64,000 nt of DNA from Heterodontus francisci (GCF_036365525.1 NC_090379.1:85354109-85418108), one strand, 5' to 3'; shown: positions 1 through 12,555, numbered from the stretch's first letter. A program made the numbers and translations. Notes: generated from the letters alone by a model not told the origin.

Positions 1-3000
1 CACACTGTTTCCCTTCCTGGCAATGATGGTGTTTGGCTTGGGATAATATGGTGTATCCATTTTACTCGGATTCTCCCGTCTCAGCAATACTTCACCGAGC
101 ATCACATCAGACTGTCTAGCTCTCCTTCTGTGATCTGCATAAAACTTTGCAGCACCCCGTTTCTCAACATCATGATCTTGAACCTCCTGATCAACTCGAA
201 TGTCCTTCAGCTCTGGTATCTTGGTGCGTATTTTGCGTCCAAATAACAATTCAGCTGGGCTCTTTCCCATTGTCATGTGTGGAGTTGTTCTGTACATGGC
301 CACATATGACAGCAACATCCCCTTCCAGTCTTTACCCTCAGCCTGAGCAATCCTCATCCATTTCGCTAAGGATTGGTTTTGTCTTTCCACTTCCCCATTT
401 GTCTGTGGCTATTTAGGTGTTACTCTGTGACTTGCATGTAATCTACAAAGGTCTGTGAAATGACTTGCGGTCCATTGTCTGAATACAAAGAGAAAGGTAA
501 ACCATGCCTTGCAAATATTTCAGTCAATGCAAACACTGTTTTCTCTGCCGTTGTCAACTTCATTACCACATACTCATTATAAAGGCTATTTTAGTCAATT
601 ATCACTAGTATGGACTCTCCTGATGGAAATGGATCTAAGAAGTCTACTCTACATTCTCCCATGGTCCAGCTGATAACAGTATACTGCATACTGGTTCTGG
701 TGGATTGGGTCAGCTGACAAGTTGACATCCATGACATATTTTGACAAACTGCTCCACTTCTTTCTCTTTGCCTCAACTTTCCCTCTCAGACCAAAAGGTG
801 TTCTATGTATGGCTGAGCTACAGGCTTCACGTTCTCATCAATTGTTAATCTCACTTGGCGATTGTGCAATTTCCCAATTCCTTGAAACACTGGTCCAAAC
901 TCCTTTCCAAGCTCCACATAGGATTTCACAGAATTCACTTTCAATCCAATATGTAGCACCCCCAAGGCTTGGTCAGTTTCTCTACTCAAAAGAGGCTCAC
1001 CATCCTCCTCAATCACTACGAATTCTACCTCTCCATTCCAATCCCCAGCTCTCCACTCGCAGTGAAGCATCCAACAGTTTGCAGTGGGGTTTTAGATGTG
1101 TAAGGATAAAGCTTTTTGACACATTTTTGCGACGTGCACTTGAGTCTCTTTGTCTTCAGTTCCTCCCATAGTGCCCTGCTGATGACATTACTGTCACTGC
1201 CTGAATCTACAATAATGCTCACTTCAACACCCCCAACAATCACTTCAACTTTCTCATGGTTGCTTCCATTGACAGAAAACATGTATCCACGATTGTTTTT
1301 CGTGTCCTCACTCTTTGCATCTTCTTCAACTCATCTCACAGTTGTACTACTTCCATCTCTTGCTTTTACGTGGTTTGACAAGCTTCCCACTCTGTTCAGC
1401 TTTGCTTCTGCACTTCTTGGCAAAATGGTCTTTGCCCTCACATTTTCTGAATATTTTTCCTTTCGCAGGGCAGCAATCATCTCTTCCATAGTGCCCCAAG
1501 TTGCCACATTTGACACACTGGCTGGAATTTTACCCTCAGCAGACGGGAGCCGTCCACTGACCGAAAAATTGGTGGTGATCCCGCCTCCGCTTGGCCTGAG
1601 GATCCAAACCACATTTTGCGGTTCCCAGGTCCTTAATTGATCTGAGGCGGGACTTCCACCTCATTGAGGCAAGAAGTCCCGCCTAATGGAACTGCCAGCC
1701 AATCAGTGGGCCGACAGCTCTCTGTCCCAGCAGTGCCACCGGGAGCAGTGGCCACTGCTGGGACTGCAACCCAGCTGAATACGGAAGATGTCAAGGAGCC
1801 CCAGAGAATAGGTAGGTTTTTGGGGCCTCATTGGGGGCAATCGGTAGGGCCCTGGCGAGACAAGGGTGGTCGATTGGGGGGGGGGAAGGGGGTGGGGGGG
1901 GTTGTTGGGGCATCGGGGGCAGCCCTCTGTCAGGCACAGGGTGCCTGATCAGGAGGGCACCTGCCCCCCGCCCCCCCCCCCCACCCCATCAACCAGGCAG
2001 TCAGAAAGCCACCTACTTTTAACAGGCAGCTTTTCTCAGGCCTGGGCTGCCTGCCAACCAAGGGAAAATTCCTGTGGCGGCGGGCGGAGGTCCTTAAGTG
2101 GCCAGCCACTGTCTCTCAAACATTTGCTGTTTACATTTACACATCCCTGGATCCTTTTGTGTCACTCGGTTAACCTCAGATTTTGTCATGCCGATGGCAG
2201 AAGTGGGACCAGGTTTCATGGTGTGAACTTGCCCATCCACTGCTTCCAATGCAGCTGCTATTTTCAAAGTGTCACCCAATGTTATGTCACTTCCTTTTCC
2301 AGCAGTCTACGTCTCAACTTATCCGACTTTCAATGTTGGACCACCTGATCAATTATCTGGTTATTCAGATCCGTCACAACACAACTGCATCCATTCGACA
2401 CCTGCCTCAAATGAGTCACAAATTGGGCTACTGTTTCCCCCCCTTTCTGTCTCACCTGATGGAAAACATGCCTTTGGAATGTAGCATTTGGCGTCATCAC
2501 ATAATGGTCCTTCAAAGCTTTCACTGCACGCTTACAATCTGCCTTTTCTCCCGTGTCAGGCAATGTCTTGAAAGTCTCCCTCACTGACGCACCCACATTG
2601 AACAGCAATAAGACCTGTCACTGCGCTTTCTGCACCTCCATAACCCCGTCCAAAAACAAACCGTGACTGTCAGCATACATTTCACACTCCTCCGGCCATA
2701 CTTTCCATTTCTCACTGAGGGTACCAGCATCACCGGTCAGATCAAATGGTTCAATTCCCCAGACTGCAGACATATCAGCTCCAGCAAATGCCAATGCACA
2801 ATGCTAAATACCTCCATATTTACCTCTATTATTTTTCTTTATCCTCATTGCCAATGTCACATCTGAGGCTGAAGAGCCACATTTGAAGTCACAGATATAA
2901 CTTTAACAAAGATTTAACAAGCTTTTAATGAAGGCTCCTTCTTACAGCCACAAGTGCTACCTGACCTTACCACAACATGCCAGGTCAGGTGACTACCCAT

Positions 3001-3085
3001 AATAGAGAGTTCCTTTCAGTTTCTCTTCCATGTACTGTATAGTCTCTAATACTCAAGCCCACACATACAATCAGCCATCATGACA
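1..3085 (-). mobile_element. Degenerate, internally deleted Ty3/Gypsy LTR retrotransposon (5' LTR, PBS, gag, zinc knuckle, protease, integrase remnants); runs off window start
   Basis: LTR 2855-3085 bounded by TG...CA, followed on minus by PBS-like TGGCAATGAGG (~2842-2853). Gag fragments in ORFs 2330-2608 (F..RQKGGETVAQF..LR) and 2094-2279. CCHC knuckles ~1410-1520. Retropepsin IVDSGSDSNVIS in ORF 1025-1282. Integrase-core remnants (PFPSGESILVIID; IFARHGLPFSLYSDNGPQ) at ~460-650. No RT/RNaseH recognisable. Confidence 0.85.
1520..2108. mobile_element. GC-rich non-autonomous DNA transposon (Harbinger-like MITE) inserted in the Gypsy gag
   Basis: Starts GGCTGGAATTTTAC. Shares internal blocks (GAAGTCCCGCCT; CCCAGCAG.GCCACCGGGAG..GTGGCCACTGCTGGGACTGCA) with 31474-32152. 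Splits gag between the capsid-like part and the knuckles. Right end appears truncated. Confidence 0.7.
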
Positions 3086-3104
3086 ACCATCTGGCTGCTA
3101 TAGT

Positions 3105-3365
3105 GCAGATTAAAGATCCCATGGCATTACTAGAAGAGCAGGGAGTTATCCCTGGGTCCTAGTCAAAGTCCCTCAATCAATATGACCAAAAAAAACAAAT
3201 TAATTAGTCGTTCATGTCATTGCCATTTGTGAGATCTTACTGTGCAACATCTGGCTGCCACATTCACCTACATCATAAAAGTGACTGTACTTACAAGTAC
3301 TTCATTTTAGGTGAAGCATTTTATGATGCTCTGGAGACATGACAAGGCATTATACAAATACAGAG
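3105..3365 (+). mobile_element. Shark-type SINE fragment
   Basis: AAAGATCCCATGGCA...GCAGGGAGTTATCCC...GGCTGCCACATT...TATACAAATAC core, repeated at ~24610, ~37105 and ~60735. Confidence 0.6.
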
Positions 3366-5039
3366 CCTCCTTATCAAGACTGATAATTGAGTACTGCTGG
3401 GACAGTAATGCCCTACATCAGAAGATACAAGCAATCAGATTCACAAGATTCAGGATTCTCCTATTGTTCTAAAACATTCAGGGTGACCAAAATTACAATT
3501 TCCAATCCGCCAATGACATTTTTTGGCTTACTTCTAAAGTAATATTTCTCATTTAATATTTTTGTTATGATTTTATGGTTTAAAAAAACTCATACGTATG
3601 TATTACCTTGCCATTGTGACAAAAATGAAGCATTCCTGTCTAAGATTTAGTTTCCTATATTCTGAGACGTTACACAAGGAGTTTGACTGACAGTACCTTC
3701 TTGAATTTACCATATAGGTAACTAAATTCTGCCTCATTCCTGTCACTATTTAAAGGTCTTTACTAGCCTATCTTTTTCAAATCAGAAATTCTGTCCGGAG
3801 ACTCTGGAGAGTTAATCAAGCAAGATCACTTCTATAGTTGAAGAGAAAAGGAAAAATAACTATCACATAAGAAAATTAGTCAATTTCCTAGATTAGTACA
3901 AAAATTACAAACTATTATTTTCTACAATATAAAGAGCTAACAAAGTTATTGTAAAAAAAATCTAAGTTGTCCTACTGCTATTATTCACTTCTATTTACTT
4001 GTTCCAATATAATTAATTAATTTCTGGCAGTTTATGATCAAGACAAAGTTTAGAGTACTGTTATTCTGCTGCATACCGAAATCAAGGAGGATCCCATGAA
4101 AATACAGGTTGTATGTGGAATCCAACTGTGCACAAATTAGCTGTCACATTTCCTACGTTACCGCAGTGACTACCCCTCAAAAGTACTTCACTGTCTGCAC
4201 AATGCTTTGGAACTTCCTGAGGTTGTGAAAGGCAACCTCTTTCTTCATCGTTAGTACCTGAAACAATCAGAAAAGGGTTCTCCATTTATTTCCTAGATAA
4301 ACTACCAACTTTCCTTGGATATTAGGGGGAATGAAAACAGTAGTCAGCCAGGGCGTAACTATGAGAATAGACTGAAATACATAAGCCCAAAAAATATCGA
4401 GCAAAAAAAGGCCTAAGAAACCCAAAGAATGTGACAATTGAGTCCTCAACATGTCCCAAAGTGCTTCATAACGAATGAATTATTTCTGAAGTGTGTTCAC
4501 CTTACAGCACTTCAATATTCACAATCTTTTAGCACTTTTCAATTATAAAACTCTAAATTTAAAGTATTTTAACTTGAATTATTAATAAATAAAATTCCCC
4601 CAATGGCAGACAGAGATCTGATGCAAGCAGCTTATGTCAATATTAACAAAACTCCCAAACCTGAGCACCTAATCACACCTGACTTTGAGCAGTTGAATCT
4701 CCCAGTATCTGAACCCTACTCTTGGTCTCAATAGTTTGCACAATGCTGAAAAAAGCAGAGGTCTCATTATACAGAGTGAGGGCTCATCAACGAACACAGT
4801 GATAATAAGGAAGGAAAAGTTGCTGCACAAAGAGGAACTCAGTTGCAATGTGAGGAGAAAATTATTTTGAAAAACCTTTTTTCCTTTCATTTTCATCGTC
4901 AGAAAATTTCATCGACAGGAATTCTAAGCAAATAGGGAACTCTATGAACACATTGTTGCCTCCCAAATCCATGCCCATCTCTCCTGCAACTCCCTGTTTA
5001 AATCCAATCAGGATTTAAATCACTTCAGCCACACACCAA

Positions 5040-5900
5040 AACTACCCTCACCAAAGTCGCAAATTGACCAGGCTGCATTATCCTGCCTTGACCTTTGCAG
5101 TCCATGATGTGGTCGGCCACACCATCCACCTCCAGCACCTCTCTGCCAGTGTCCAGCTCACTGAAACTGCCCTCACTTGGTTCTGCAACCTATCCAATAG
5201 TAACCAGAGCAATCTGCAGCAATTATTCCTCTTCCCAAACCACATCACCACCTCTGGAGCACTGCTGAACCAACCCCCCACTCCCCCCACGGATCTATCC
5301 CCTACTCTTCCTCATCTACTCGTTGCCCCTCGACAATATCATCCACAGGCATGGGGTCACCTTCCACACGGATGCTGACGGCACACAGCTCTACCTCTCC
5401 ACCACCCGTCACTGCGTCTGTGTTGTCAGAATGCTTATCTAACCTCCAGTCTTGGACAAGGGTCAATTTCCTTCAGCTAAGCACTGGGAAAACTAAAGCC
5501 ATTGTCTTCAGCCTCCGCCAAAACATCTTCGCAACTACTCCATCCCCCTTCCCAGCCCCTATCTCAGGCTAAAACAGACTGCAGTCTCAACATATGTGCC
5601 CTATATCCGCTCCATAATAAAGGCTGCCAACTTACGGCTCCATATTATTGTCTACACCTGCCCCACCTCAGCCCATCTGCTGCTGGAACCAAGTGGCAGC
5701 CATAATTTTAGCCATAACATAGACCCCACACACTGGCATTCCATCCCTAAACCTCTCCTCCTTTATGATCCTCCATAAAATCCACGTCTTTCACCAAGCT
5801 TTATTTCACCTCTCTGAACATCTCCTTTGTTGCCTCAACTTCTATTTTTAATTACAATTTTTCTGCATTAAAGGTGCTATATTAATGCAATTTATTATTA
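5040..5900 (+). mobile_element. Decayed LINE-2-like RT/3' end fragment
   Basis: Remnants read TETALTWF, ADGTQLYLST and LQSWTRVNFLQLSTGKTKAIVF (RT C-terminal motifs); tail ...AGGTGCTATATTAATGCAA. Confidence 0.55.
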
Positions 5901-6361
5901 CAGTGCTGCATCCATTAAAAAAAGAGGCTGAAAACGATAAGGATGATCAAATAATTCATGCAGCATGGTAGTTCCTATGGGTTCGAGCCACGGATCTGAC
6001 ATTTGTGGAATGCAACTGAATAATCTTAAAGTAGTAGTGTTAACTTGATATATCTGCTGTTGTTTCACAAACTTAACTTGGGGAGCTGAGGAGAAATTTC
6101 ACAGAAAATCTTGCTTGTGCATTCACCTGCTTCAAGTAAGTACACAGTTGGGAAAACTACATATGATCTGTGTGAGGTACACAGCTGACAGGCTGAACAG
6201 ATTTTGCTGGATCCACACTGTTTGAAGCACCTGCAGTATCACTGTGTGGTTAGCGCCTGTGTTTCTGCTCCACTGCAAAACAACAGGGGTTACAATTTAA
6301 CAGTAATCCAACAATAGCACAGGGGCATCCTAAGGGTGTGAAGTCTGTTGTGTTAATACAA

Positions 6362-6548
6362 AGGGGTGGAAATTATTCTCAGGCGGTGGCTCAAAATGGG
6401 TAGCATCGGGCGCACCGTCTGTTATACACAGTGCTTTATATTCAGTTCCATTGCAGTCAATGGAATTAAATATCAGATGCTGTGCATAACAGGCAGCAGA
6501 TCCAATACCACCCATTTTGCACCACCACCTCAGACAAATTTCTACCCC
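6362..6548. mobile_element. Small palindromic MITE
   Basis: Ends GGGGTGGAAATT / AATTTCTACCCC are inverted repeats. The element folds as an imperfect hairpin centred on TTCCATTG-CAGT-CAATGGAA. Confidence 0.65.
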
Positions 6549-6779
6549 ATCTCTTTCTGCACCGTCCCCCGCCACCACCTCCCAGCAGTTATTGGTATCC
6601 TCAGCCTTAAATACAATGACAGGGGCTGGGGGATGACATTACACTTCAGCTGGCAAACTATGGGTTCAGAGCGTCCCTGCCAGGGTGCAAGCCAGTTACT
6701 CGTCGCCTTGCTCATTCTGTGAGCCCTTGTTCCTCATCAAACCCATCCCACCTCGGCCCACTCTACCAACACCACCGCC

Positions 6780-7512
6780 CCCACCCCCCGCCAATCATTA
6801 TAAAGCGCTCCCCCTGTGCCCAGACCCCACACCCTGCCGTCCAGATCCCATCCCCTGTCCCCAGCCCCGTCTCTGGAAGCCCCCCATCCCGACCCCTCCA
6901 CCCCCCTGTCCCCAGTACAACCCAACCCCTGCCCCCAGCTCCCCCCCCCCCCCCACTCCGGGCCCCAGCTCCCCACCCAACCCCCCCCCATCCCCAGCTT
7001 TCCCCAGCCACCACCCCCCTGTCCCCAGCTTCCCCCCAACCCCTGTCCCCTGCACCCCCACCCCCCTGTCCCCCCACCCTCCATCCCCAGCTCCCCCAAC
7101 CCCCCACTGTTCCCAGCACCCCCACCCCCTGTCCCCAGCTCCCCCCCCAACCTCCCCCCCCATCCCCAGCTTCCCCCCAACCCCTGTCCCCTGCACCCCA
7201 ACACCCCGTACCCCCCCCCAGCCCCCCGTCCCCAGCCCCCCCAACCCCCCACCCCATGCCCCCCCAACCCCCCGTCCCCAGCCCCCCCAACCCCCCACCC
7301 CGTACCCCCCCAACCCCCCGTCCCCAGCCCCCCCAACCCCCCGTCCCCAACACCACCCATACACCCCACCCCGAGCTCCCCCCCAACACCCCAGCCCTCC
7401 CCCCAACCCGTCCCCCACCAAACCCCCCGTCCCCAGCCCCCCCCAACCCATCCCCCCAACCCATCCCCAGTCCCCCACCCCGTCCCCAGCTCCCCCCAAT
7501 CCTCTGTCCCCA
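6780..7512. repeat. C-rich (G-rich on minus strand) degenerate tandem repeat at the start of putative AVEN intron 1
   Basis: Repeated CCCCTGTCCCCAGCTCCCCCCAACCCC-like units. Explains the overlapping Pro/Gly-rich ORFs in several frames. Confidence 0.9.
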
Positions 7513-7516
7513 GTAC

Positions 7517-7729
7517 CTGCTGTCGCTGCTGCTGGGCAGGGAGGTCGCGGCCTCGGGGCTGCCGTGTCCCCCGGGAGCCGCGGCCCCGAGCTCCTCGCCA
7601 GCCCCGGCCTCCGCTTCGCTCCTGCTCCTGTGGCCGCTGCTGCCGGTCCCCGGCGCCCCGAGCTCCCCGGCCCCGGCCTCTGCCTCTGCCGCCTCGACGG
7701 CCGCGGCTCCACTCGGCCGACACCTCCAT
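7517..7729 (-). CDS. AVEN: Probable first coding exon of AVEN (apoptosis and caspase activation inhibitor), RG/RGG-rich N-terminus
   Basis: CpG island. ATG at 7729 in gggATGG context gives MEVSAEWSRGRRGGRGRGRGRGARGAGDR...QQQRQQ (71 codons), ending at a phase-0 donor CAG|GTACTG. Position and orientation relative to CHRM5 and EMC7 match vertebrate synteny. Downstream exons not found in the window. Confidence 0.7.
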
Positions 7730-7789
7730 CCCCGGGCCGCAAAACAGCAACACCGGAGCGGAACAAGGCGAGGCCGCAGGGAAGGGAGG

Positions 7790-9300
7790 CTGGAGCAGAG
7801 AGAGAGAGAGCGGCAGGGGGATTAGAGCGGACAGCGTCAGAGAGTAGCAGGGGGATTAGAGCAGAGAGAGAGTCAGAGAGAGAGGGGGCAGCAAGGGGAT
7901 TAGAGCAGATAGAGAGTCAGAGAGAGAGGGGGCAGCAAGGGGATTAGAGCAGATAGAGAGTCAGAGAGACAGAGAGTAGCAGGGGGATTAGAGCAGATAG
8001 AGAGTCAGAGAGAGAGGGGGCAGCAAGGGGATTAGAGCAGATAGAGAGTCAGAGAGACAGAGGGCAGCAGGGGGATTGGACAGATAGAGGGGTCAGCACA
8101 GGATTAGAGCGGACAGCGTCAGAGAGTAGCAGGGGGATTAGAGCAGAGAGAGAGTCAGAGAGAGAGGGGGCAGCAAGGGGATTAGAGCAGATAGAGAGTC
8201 AGAGAGACAGAGGGCAGCAGGGGGATTAGAGCAGATAGAGAGTCAGAGAGAGAGGGGGCAGCAAGGGGATTAGAGCAGATAGAGAGTCAGAGAGACAGAG
8301 GGCAGCAAGGGGATTAGAGCAGATAGAGAGTCAGAGAGACAGAGGGCAGCAGGGGGATTGGACAGATAGAGGGGTCAGCACAGGATTAGAGCGGACAGCG
8401 TCAGAGAGTAGCAGGGGGATTAGAGCAGAGAGAGAGTCAGAGAGAGAGGGGGCAGCAAGGGGATTAGAGCAGATAGAGAGTCAGAGAGACAGAGGGCAGC
8501 AAGGGGATTAGAGCAGATAGAGAGTCAGAGAGACAGAGGGCAGCAGGGGGATTGGACAGATAGAGGGGTCAGCACAGGATTAGAGCGGACAGCATCAGAG
8601 AGTAGCAGGGGGATTAGAGCAGAGAGAGAGTCAGAGAGAGAGGGGGCAGCAAGGGGATTAGAGCAGATAGAGAGACAGAGAGACAGAGGGCAGCAAGGGG
8701 ATTAGAGCAGATAGAGAGTCAGAGAGACAGAGGGCAGCAGGGGGATTGGACAGATAGAGGGGTCAGCACAGGATTAGAGCGGACAGCGTCAGAGAGTAGC
8801 AGGGGGATTAGAGCAGAGAGAGAGTCAGAGAGAGAGGGGGCAGCAAGGGGATTAGAGCAGATAGAGAGTCAGAGAGACAGAGGGCAGCAGGGGGATTAGA
8901 GCAGATAGAGAGTCAGAGAGAGAGGGGGCAGCAAGGGGATTAGAGCAGATAGAGAGTCAGAGAGACAGAGGGCAGCAGGGGGATTAGAGCAGATAGAGAG
9001 TCAGAGAGAGAGGGGGCAGCAAGGGGATTAGAGCAGATAGAGAGTCAGAGAGACAGAGGGCAGCAGGGGGATTAGAGCAGATAGAGAGTCAGAGAGAGAG
9101 GGGGCAGCAAGGGGATTAGAGCAGATAGAGAGTCAGAGAGACAGAGGGCAGCAGGGGGATTAGAGCAGATAGAGAGTCAGAGAGGGGGCAGCAAGGGGAT
9201 TAGAGCAGACAGCGTGTCAGAGAGAGAGAGGGGGTCAGCACGGGATTAGAGCAGAGAGAGAAAGAAAGTCAGAGAGAGACAAAAAGGGCAGCAAGGGAGT
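7790..9300. repeat. Purine-rich minisatellite (~41-bp unit) with higher-order structure
   Basis: Unit GGGATTAGAGCAGATAGAGAGTCAGAGAGA(C/G)AG(A/G)GGGCAGCA(G/A)G. A variant block GGATTGGACAGATAGAGGGGTCAGCACAGGATTAGAGCGGACAGC recurs at ~8073, ~8355, ~8549 and ~8743. Confidence 0.95.
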
Positions 9301-9315
9301 CAGAACAGGGAGAGA

Positions 9316-9985
9316 ATCATAGAATGGTTACAGTACAGAAGGAGGCATCCAGCCCATTGTGTCCGTGTTGGTTTTCTGCAAGAGCAACTCACCTAATCCC
9401 ACTCCCCTGCCTTTTCCCTGTAGCCCTGCAATTTTTTTCTCCTGAGATAATTATCCAATTCTCTTCTGAAGGCCTCAGTTGAATCTGCCTGCACCACACT
9501 CTCAGGCTGTGCATTCCAGAACCTAACCACTCACTGCATAAAAACATTTTCCCTCATGTTGCTGTTGCTTCTTTTGACAATCTCTTTAAATCGGTGCCCT
9601 CTTGTTCTTGATCCTTCCATCAATGGGACCATAGGAATATAATCCCTAGTGCTGCTCTCTCTCTCTCTGCTCTAATCATTGTGCTGCCCCGCTCTCTGAC
9701 TCTATCAAATCTCCTCTAATCTTCTCTTCTCCAACCTATCCACATAACTGAAGTTCCTCATCTCTGGAACCATTCTCTGGAATCTTTTCTGCATCCTCTC
9801 TAATGCCTTTACATCCTTTATAAAGTGTGGTGTGCAGAACTGGACACAATACTCCAGTTGAGGCCGAAACAGGGTTTAATACGGGTTTATCATAACTTCC
9901 TTGTTTTTGTACTCTATGCACCTATTTATAAATCCCAGGATCCCATATGCCTTATTAACCACTTTCTCAACCTCCCCTGCAACCT
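9316..9985 (-). mobile_element. CR1 LINE 3' fragment
   Basis: Decayed RT C-terminus (LEYCVQF-like CTGGAGTATTGTGTCCAGTTCTG on minus) and CR1-type 3' tail near 9316. Confidence 0.75.
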
Positions 9986-10193
9986 TTACTGTGATTTGTG
10001 CACAGTGTCAGAGAGCGGGAGAGTGAGAGAAACTCACAAAGACAAAGGGAGTCAGAGAAAGCAGCAGGGGAAGTAGCACAGCTACCACATCTCAAGAAGG
10101 ATATATTGATCTTGGGAAGAGGGCAGCACATAGTTACCAGAAAAATACTGAGTCTAAAAGTGTTAAGTAATGTGCATAGGTTGCACATTAGGC

Positions 10194-12137
10194 GTACGGG
10201 ACAGGAGGGTGGACACCTGCCTCATCAGCCTGGACCAGGAGAAGGCTTTTGACAGGATATCGCACACCTACATGATGGACATACTTTCCAAAATGGGGTT
10301 TGGGGAGGGAATCTGCAACTGGATCCAACTGCTCTACACAAACATCAGTAGCGCAGTGTCAATCAACGGGTGGGAATCGGAAAGTTTCCCGATCAAATCT
10401 GGAGTCAGACAGGGCTGTCCTCTCTCCCCGGTCTTGTTTGTTTGCTGTATTGAACCCTTTGCTGAGTCTATTAGGAAGGATGCGAGCATAAGAGGGGTGA
10501 CAATCCCAGGCAGCGGAGGCACTCAGGTCAAAACCTCCCTGTACATGGATGACATCGCCGTCTTCTGCTCGGATCCGCTGTCCATGCGCAGACTGATGAG
10601 CATCTGCGACCAGTTCGAACTGGCCTCGGGAGCCAAAGTTAACCACGGCAAGAGTGAGGTCATGTTCTTTGGGAACTGGGCTGACCGATCCTTTGTCCCC
10701 TTCACCGTCAGGTCAGACTACCTGAAGGTGCTGGGGATATGGTTCGGAAGGGCCGGGGCGTGCACCAAAACATGGGAGGAGCGAGTAGCCAAGGTACGAC
10801 AAAAGTTGGGCATGTGGGGGCAGCGATCTCTCTCCATTGTGGGTAAGAACTTGGTCATCAGGTGCGAGGCGCTCACGTTGCTCTACGTGGCGCAGGTCTG
10901 GCCCATACCCCACTCCTGCGCTGTGGCAGTCACCCGAGCCATTTTCCGCTTCATCTGGGGATCTAAAATGGACTGGGTCCGGAGGGACACGATGTTCAAA
11001 TCTCTGGACAAGGGCGGGAAAAATGTACCCAACGTGGCCCTCACCCTGATGACCACCTTCGTGTGCGGCTGCATCAAGCTGCGTGTAGACATCCAGAACG
11101 CAAACTCCAAGTGTCACTACGTGCTGAGGTTCTATCTGTCCCCGGTGTTGCGAAGGATGGGCCTGGGCACATTGCCGCGGAACGCTCCATGCAGTTGGGC
11201 TGTGCCGTACCACCTATCCTTCGTGGAGCAGTTTCTGCAGGAAAACACCTTTGACCACCGGTCCATCAGGCAGTGGTCTGCACGGAATGTCCTCAAGGCC
11301 CTACGGGAAAAGGAGACGGTGGATCCTGTCGGATGGTTCCCCGAGCAGACCGTCAAAGTCATTTGGCGGAATGCCTCATCACCAGAACTTTCAAACAAGC
11401 ACCAAGACGTAGCTTGGCTGGTGGTGAGAAGGGCCCTCCCCGTCAGATCCTTCATGCACACCCGAAGTCTCGCCCCCGCCGCACAATGCCCCCGCGGTGG
11501 CTGTGGTGGGGAAGAGACGGTCGCCCACCTCCTCCTGGAATGTGTCTTTGCAAAGCAGGTGTGGAAAGAGATGCAGTGGTTTTTGTCGAGGTTCATCCCA
11601 AGCAGCTCTGTAACACAGGAGTCTGTGCTCTACGGGCTGTTCCCAGGGACGCACACCGAGATAAACATCAACTGCTGCTGGAGGACTATCAATTCGGTGA
11701 AAGACGCCCTTTGGTCTGCCCGAAACTTGCTGGTCTTCCAGCGCAAAGAGTTGTCCACCACCGAATGTTGCAGACTGGCACATTCCAAGGTCCAGGACTA
11801 CGTGCTGAGGGACGCACTAAAGCTTGGGGCAGCCGCAGCAAAGGCTCAATGGGGAAAGACCACAGTGTAAGGTCCCCCCACCAAGCTGAACTGAGGGGCT
11901 GGATCCATGGGAAACCCCTCGAACTGTATCGTTAATATTTTCAATTGCTGTAAATGTAAAACTGTAATTGGCATGACAATTGTGAAACGGAAGGGTTGTG
12001 AAGAAACTCATGATAGTATTGAAGGAAACTGATCTCCCTTGCAATGTTTGTATTTTTTGGTGCTGATTTGAAACTGTTTGGCAATGTAATTTTTACAGAT
12101 TTTTATGAATAAAGTATATTTTGGAAATAAAAAAAAA
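10194..12137 (+). mobile_element. 5'-truncated L1/Tx1-clade LINE with uninterrupted ORF2 remnant (RT plus C-terminal zinc-binding region)
   Basis: ORF to 11870: LDQEKAFDRI, GVRQGCPLSP, YMDD, and C-terminal CPRGGCGGEETVAHLLLEC. AATAAA ~12108, poly-A ~12129-12137. TSD ATAGGTTGCACATTAGGC at 10176-10193 and 12137-12154. Confidence 0.93.
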
Positions 12138-12154
12138 TAGGTTGCACATTAGGC

Positions 12155-12555
12155 TTGCATTTCCTTGAGAACAGAAGATTATATGGTGATCCAACTGAGG
12201 TTTTTAAGATGATTAATAAGTTTTTCTCTATTTATCCAACAAACTATTTTCACTGGTGGGGAAATCCAGAACAAGGGCCCATAAGCTTAAAATTAGAGCT
12301 AGGCAATTCTGGGTAATGTTGGCAAGCAGTTCTTCAAACAAAGGGTAGTGCAAATCTGGAACTCTTGCCCCTAAAATCTGTTGAGGCCAGGTCAATTGAA
12401 AAATCAAAACTTAGATAGATATATCTTTGTTCAAAAAAAAAGCTGTTAAGGGTTACAGAACTACGATGGGTAGATGGAGTTATGATACAGATCAGCATGA
12501 TCTAATTGAATGGTGGAACGTGTTCGAGGGGCTGAATGGCCTACTCCTGTTCCTG
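12155..12555 (+). mobile_element. Old CR1 LINE 3' fragment (target of the Tx1-like insertion)
   Basis: CR1 3' hallmarks: AGGGTAGTGCAAATCTGGAACTCT and GATCAGCATGATCTAATTGAATGGTGGA...GGGCTGAATGGCCTACTCCTGTTCCT. Confidence 0.7.

Noticed and set aside
1-6700. Search for AVEN exon 2 (YSKRKIVSNWDRY-like)
   Set aside because: No matching minus-strand exon recognised; presumably lies beyond the window start.
6685-7947. Long overlapping Pro-rich and Gly-rich ORFs (233-420 aa) in several frames
   Set aside because: By-product of a C-rich repeat lacking stop codons; only minus 7517-7729 has an exon-like start, a donor and recognisable composition.
7790-9300. CRISPR-like appearance of regularly spaced repeats
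   Set aside because: No unique spacers, no cas genes, vertebrate context; it is a tandem minisatellite.
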